Source: a virus (Duplodnaviria; Caudoviricetes). From it: a stretch of 34,604 bases of DNA. Within the stretch, counting starts at the first letter, position 1. Every line of letters begins with the position of its first letter. The DNA is taken from IMG/VR virus record IMGVR_UViG_3300037419_001779, positions 1 through 34,604 of that record; one strand, written 5' to 3'. The position numbers were made by a program, and so were the translations under genes. This document shows, piece after piece, positions 31,801 through 34,604 of this stretch. The notes under the pieces were generated by a model. That model searched no databases, was not told where the DNA came from, and saw nothing but the letters and a program-made list of their open reading frames with translations.

Positions 31801-32969
31801 GCCTGCTGTTCAACCGCAGCTCGGCGGCCTCCGAGATCATCGCGGAGCGCACCGGTCGGCGGCTCGGGTTCGGGAAGTCGTCGGTCACCCGAGAGCGGTC
31901 GCTGCGCAACTCCGCCGTGTGGGGCTGCCTCGCGCTGCGAGCTGACCTGGTGTCGTCCTCGCCGGTCGACGTCTTCCGGCGCATCGACGGTGTGCAGGTC
32001 GAGCAGACCAAGCCGCCCGTGTTCGTGAAGCCTGGCGGCAAGGCCTGGCGGTTCGACGAGTGGGTCTACGCGACCCAGTGGGACCTCGACTCCGCGGGCA
32101 ACACCGTCGGCATCGTCCTCGCCGTGGACGGCCTCGGCCTCCCCGTGCTGATCGACCCGGTCAACATCGACGACGTCACGTTCGTCGGGAAGGGCTCGAC
32201 GATCAAGAAGGTCCGCGTCGGCCGCGACGTCTACGACTACGACCAGGTCTGGCACGAGACGCAGTACCGCCTCGCCGGCTCGCCCGTCGGACTCTCGCCG
32301 ATCGCCTACGCCGCGCGCGCGATCAACAACCACCTCTCCGCCCAGGAGTTCGCCGAGGAGTGGTTCGGCAACTCGACCGTCCCCGGCGGCCACCTCAAGA
32401 ACACCGGCAAGGTGCTCGACAAGAAGCAGGCCGCGGCGGTCAAGGAGAACTTCAAGGCCACCGTGCAGAACGGCGACGTGTGGGTGTCGGGCATGGACTG
32501 GGAGTACTCGATGCTCTCGGCCAAGGCCTCGGAGTCGCAGTTCCTCGAGCTGATGGACGCGACCGTCGTCGACGTGTGCCGCTACCTCGGCGTCCCCGGG
32601 GACATGATCGACGCGCCGACGAAGGGCTCATCGATCACCTACGCGAACATCACCCAGCGCAACCTGCAGTTCCTCATCACGAAGCTCGGCCCCGCGATCC
32701 AGCGACGAGAGGCCGCCTGGTCCACCGGCCTCCTGCCGCAGCCGCGGTACGCGAAGCTCAACACCAACGCGCTGTTGCGCATGGACCTCAAGAGCCGGTA
32801 CGACGCCTACAAGATCGGCGTCGACGCGCGGTTCCTCCCGCCCAGCCGGATCCTCGACCTCGAGAACCAGCCGCCCCTCACCCCCGAGGAGGAGGCCGAG
32901 TTCGCCCGCCTCTTCCCGAACAAGGCACCGGCGCCCACCACGGCGCCGACAGGAGGTAACCCGTCATGA
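31797..32969 (+). CDS. Portal protein (HK97 family)
   Basis: SAVWGCL, GLSPI, F.N...PGG.L, ESQFLE, YLGVP, LLRMDLKSRY motifs. Confidence 0.92.
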   Translation: MSLLFNRSSAASEIIAERTGRRLGFGKSSVTRERSLRNSAVWGCLALRADLVSSSPVDVFRRIDGVQVEQTKPPVFVKPGGKAWRFDEWVYATQWDLDSAGNTVGIVLAVDGLGLPVLIDPVNIDDVTFVGKGSTIKKVRVGRDVYDYDQVWHETQYRLAGSPVGLSPIAYAARAINNHLSAQEFAEEWFGNSTVPGGHLKNTGKVLDKKQAAAVKENFKATVQNGDVWVSGMDWEYSMLSAKASESQFLELMDATVVDVCRYLGVPGDMIDAPTKGSSITYANITQRNLQFLITKLGPAIQRREAAWSTGLLPQPRYAKLNTNALLRMDLKSRYDAYKIGVDARFLPPSRILDLENQPPLTPEEEAEFARLFPNKAPAPTTAPTGGNPS

Positions 32970-33754
32970 GCACCAGCACCCTCGATCGCATCCTCGAGGC
33001 GGCCGCCGAGGCCCGGGCCGCCGGCGTCCGCGCTCCGGCCGACCGTCCCACCCAGCGCCGGTGCGCCGAGGAGCCGAGCTCCCGAGCCGCGGCTCTCGTG
33101 CGGCTCGACCAGCACGAGCTCCGCGAGGTCGGCGACGCCGGTGGCCTGCTTCACTTCACCGGCTTCGCCTCGGTGTACAACCGCGGCTACGAGATGTGGG
33201 ACTTCTACGGGCCCTACACCGAGCAGGTCACGTCCGGCGCCGGGGCCGTCTCGCTCGCCCGCGAGGACCTCGACGTCCCGTTCGTCCTGGCGCACGACAG
33301 CCTGCGGCGGATCGCCCGCACCACCAACGGCAGCCTGACCCTGTCGGAGACCACGGTCGACGGCGTCGAGGGCCTGCACGTCGACGCACCCCAGCTGGAC
33401 GCCGGCGACGGCGACGTCGCCTACATCGCGCCCAAGCTGCGCTCCGGCCTCATCGACGAGATGAGCTTCCGGTTCCGGATCCTCCAGGGCTCCTGGTCGC
33501 CCGACTGGATGGAGTACCACATCGAGGAGTACGACATCCACCGCGGCGACGTCGCGATCGTCGGCTACGGCGCCAACCCCCACACCCAGGGAGCCGGCCT
33601 CCGCGGCCAGCAGCTCCCGTCGCTCGAGGACCTCACCGACGCGCAGCTGCGCTCCCTCGAGAACAAGCTCCACACCGAGCGTGCTCGGCGTGGCCCGGCC
33701 GTCACCCTGACGCCCGACCAGCGGGCCGCCAAGGCCCTGCTCGGCCTCTCCTGA
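32966..33754 (+). CDS. Prohead (capsid maturation) protease, HK97 type
   Basis: FTGFASVYN, AHD, LARTTNGSL-like segment, EMSFRF, V.YGANP.T. Confidence 0.88.
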   Translation: MSTSTLDRILEAAAEARAAGVRAPADRPTQRRCAEEPSSRAAALVRLDQHELREVGDAGGLLHFTGFASVYNRGYEMWDFYGPYTEQVTSGAGAVSLAREDLDVPFVLAHDSLRRIARTTNGSLTLSETTVDGVEGLHVDAPQLDAGDGDVAYIAPKLRSGLIDEMSFRFRILQGSWSPDWMEYHIEEYDIHRGDVAIVGYGANPHTQGAGLRGQQLPSLEDLTDAQLRSLENKLHTERARRGPAVTLTPDQRAAKALLGLS

Positions 33755-33886
33755 GGCCCGCACCACCAGTCGCGCGAGGGCACACCGCGCCGCGCCTCCA
33801 CGAGAGGCCTGGCCTGGGCGCTGCACCGCCTGACGAATCCACCCTTCACCCACCCAGCCCCACCACCGGGGAGGAAGGGGTTCGTC

Positions 33887-34604
33887 GTGAACCTCAAGCA
33901 GATGATCGCCCAGCTCCGGGCCAACATGGCGCCGAAGCTCACCGAGCGCACCGAGCTGCGCGCCAGCAACGACCAGGTCCGCGCGGCCTGCGTCGCCGAG
34001 CAGCGAGACCCGTCCGAGACGGAGGCCGCCGAGGTCGTCCGGCGCAACGAGCGCATCGCCCAGATCGACGCCGAGATCGAGCGCACCCAGGCGCAGATCA
34101 CGGAGTACGAGCAGGAGCTCGAGCGCGACGAGGCGGCGGACCGCCTGGCCCGCGAGGTCAATCCGACCGGCGTCGACCGGGCGAACCAGGACCGCGGCCT
34201 GCAGGTCACCGAGCAGCGGACCTACAGCCGCGAGTTCGACCCGAACGGCGAGATCTTCCTGCGCGACGTCGTCGCCGACTTCCTGGGCCTCCGCGGCGAC
34301 CACCGCGACCGGCTCTCGCAGCACGAGCAGGAGGAGCGCGCGATCCGGGGCGCCGCCCTGTCCGAACGTGCCGTCACCGCCGCCGGTGCTCCCGGCCTGG
34401 TGGTGCCGCAGTACCTGGTCGACATGTACGCCAAGAAGGGGCGCCCCGGTCGGAAGTTCGCCGACCAGTGCCGCCACCACGACCTGCCGGAGACCGGCAT
34501 GACCGTCTACATCCCGCGGCAGACGGCGCTCACCTCGGTCGACATCCAAGCTGCCGAGATGGACACCGTCTCCGATACCGACTACGACGACGAGCTGATC
34601 CCCG
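33887..34604 (+). CDS. Major capsid protein, N-terminal part with coiled-coil delta/scaffold domain (continues at 1-846)
   Basis: GTG at 33887 after GGAGGAAGGGG. MNLKQMIAQLRAN...GLVVPQYLVDMYA...HDLPETGMTVYIPRQT, open to the window end. Confidence 0.88.
   Translation, partial: MNLKQMIAQLRANMAPKLTERTELRASNDQVRAACVAEQRDPSETEAAEVVRRNERIAQIDAEIERTQAQITEYEQELERDEAADRLAREVNPTGVDRANQDRGLQVTEQRTYSREFDPNGEIFLRDVVADFLGLRGDHRDRLSQHEQEERAIRGAALSERAVTAAGAPGLVVPQYLVDMYAKKGRPGRKFADQCRHHDLPETGMTVYIPRQTALTSVDIQAAEMDTVSDTDYDDELIP
34478..34604. repeat. Terminal direct repeat, right copy
   Basis: Identical to 1-127. Confidence 0.95.

Noticed and set aside
34478-34604. Biological terminal repeat
   Set aside because: It falls mid-capsid gene, and 127 bp is a common assembler k-mer length, so it is most likely an assembly overlap.

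Overview
This window is an apparently complete, circularly assembled genome of a high-GC temperate siphovirus-type phage. Its unique length is 34,477 bp, because bases 1-127 are repeated exactly at 34478-34604. An actinobacterial host is inferred from GC content, the tRNA-like att core and leaderless-type promoters. The major capsid gene runs across the join. Late operon: HNH, TerS, TerL, portal, prohead protease, HK97-type capsid, neck proteins, tail tube, frameshifting tail chaperone, tape measure, two minor tail proteins, amidase and holin. An accessory block follows: DUF6527-like protein, EEP-family hydrolase, serine recombinase, lipoprotein and RHH protein. The lysogeny module has an arm-less tyrosine integrase, a repressor and a Cro-like gene. 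The early region encodes two ParB-like proteins, a beta-clamp-like/FtsK-gamma fusion, HNH, J-domain and MazG-like proteins, a replication initiator with internal repeats, and a HicA-like toxin/antitoxin pair. The clearest system is an attP core (3' half of a tRNA-Arg-like gene, 16117-16155) inside the repressor ORF; integration is predicted to create an in-frame stop. This is integration-dependent immunity, already known from mycobacteriophages, but here two extra coupled genes sit between repressor and integrase. The best candidates for novelty are the clamp/Zn/FtsK-gamma fusion with two orphan ParBs, the ~260-nt structured region after cro, and the DUF6527-like/EEP pair. All protein calls come from motif recognition by eye; no searches were run.
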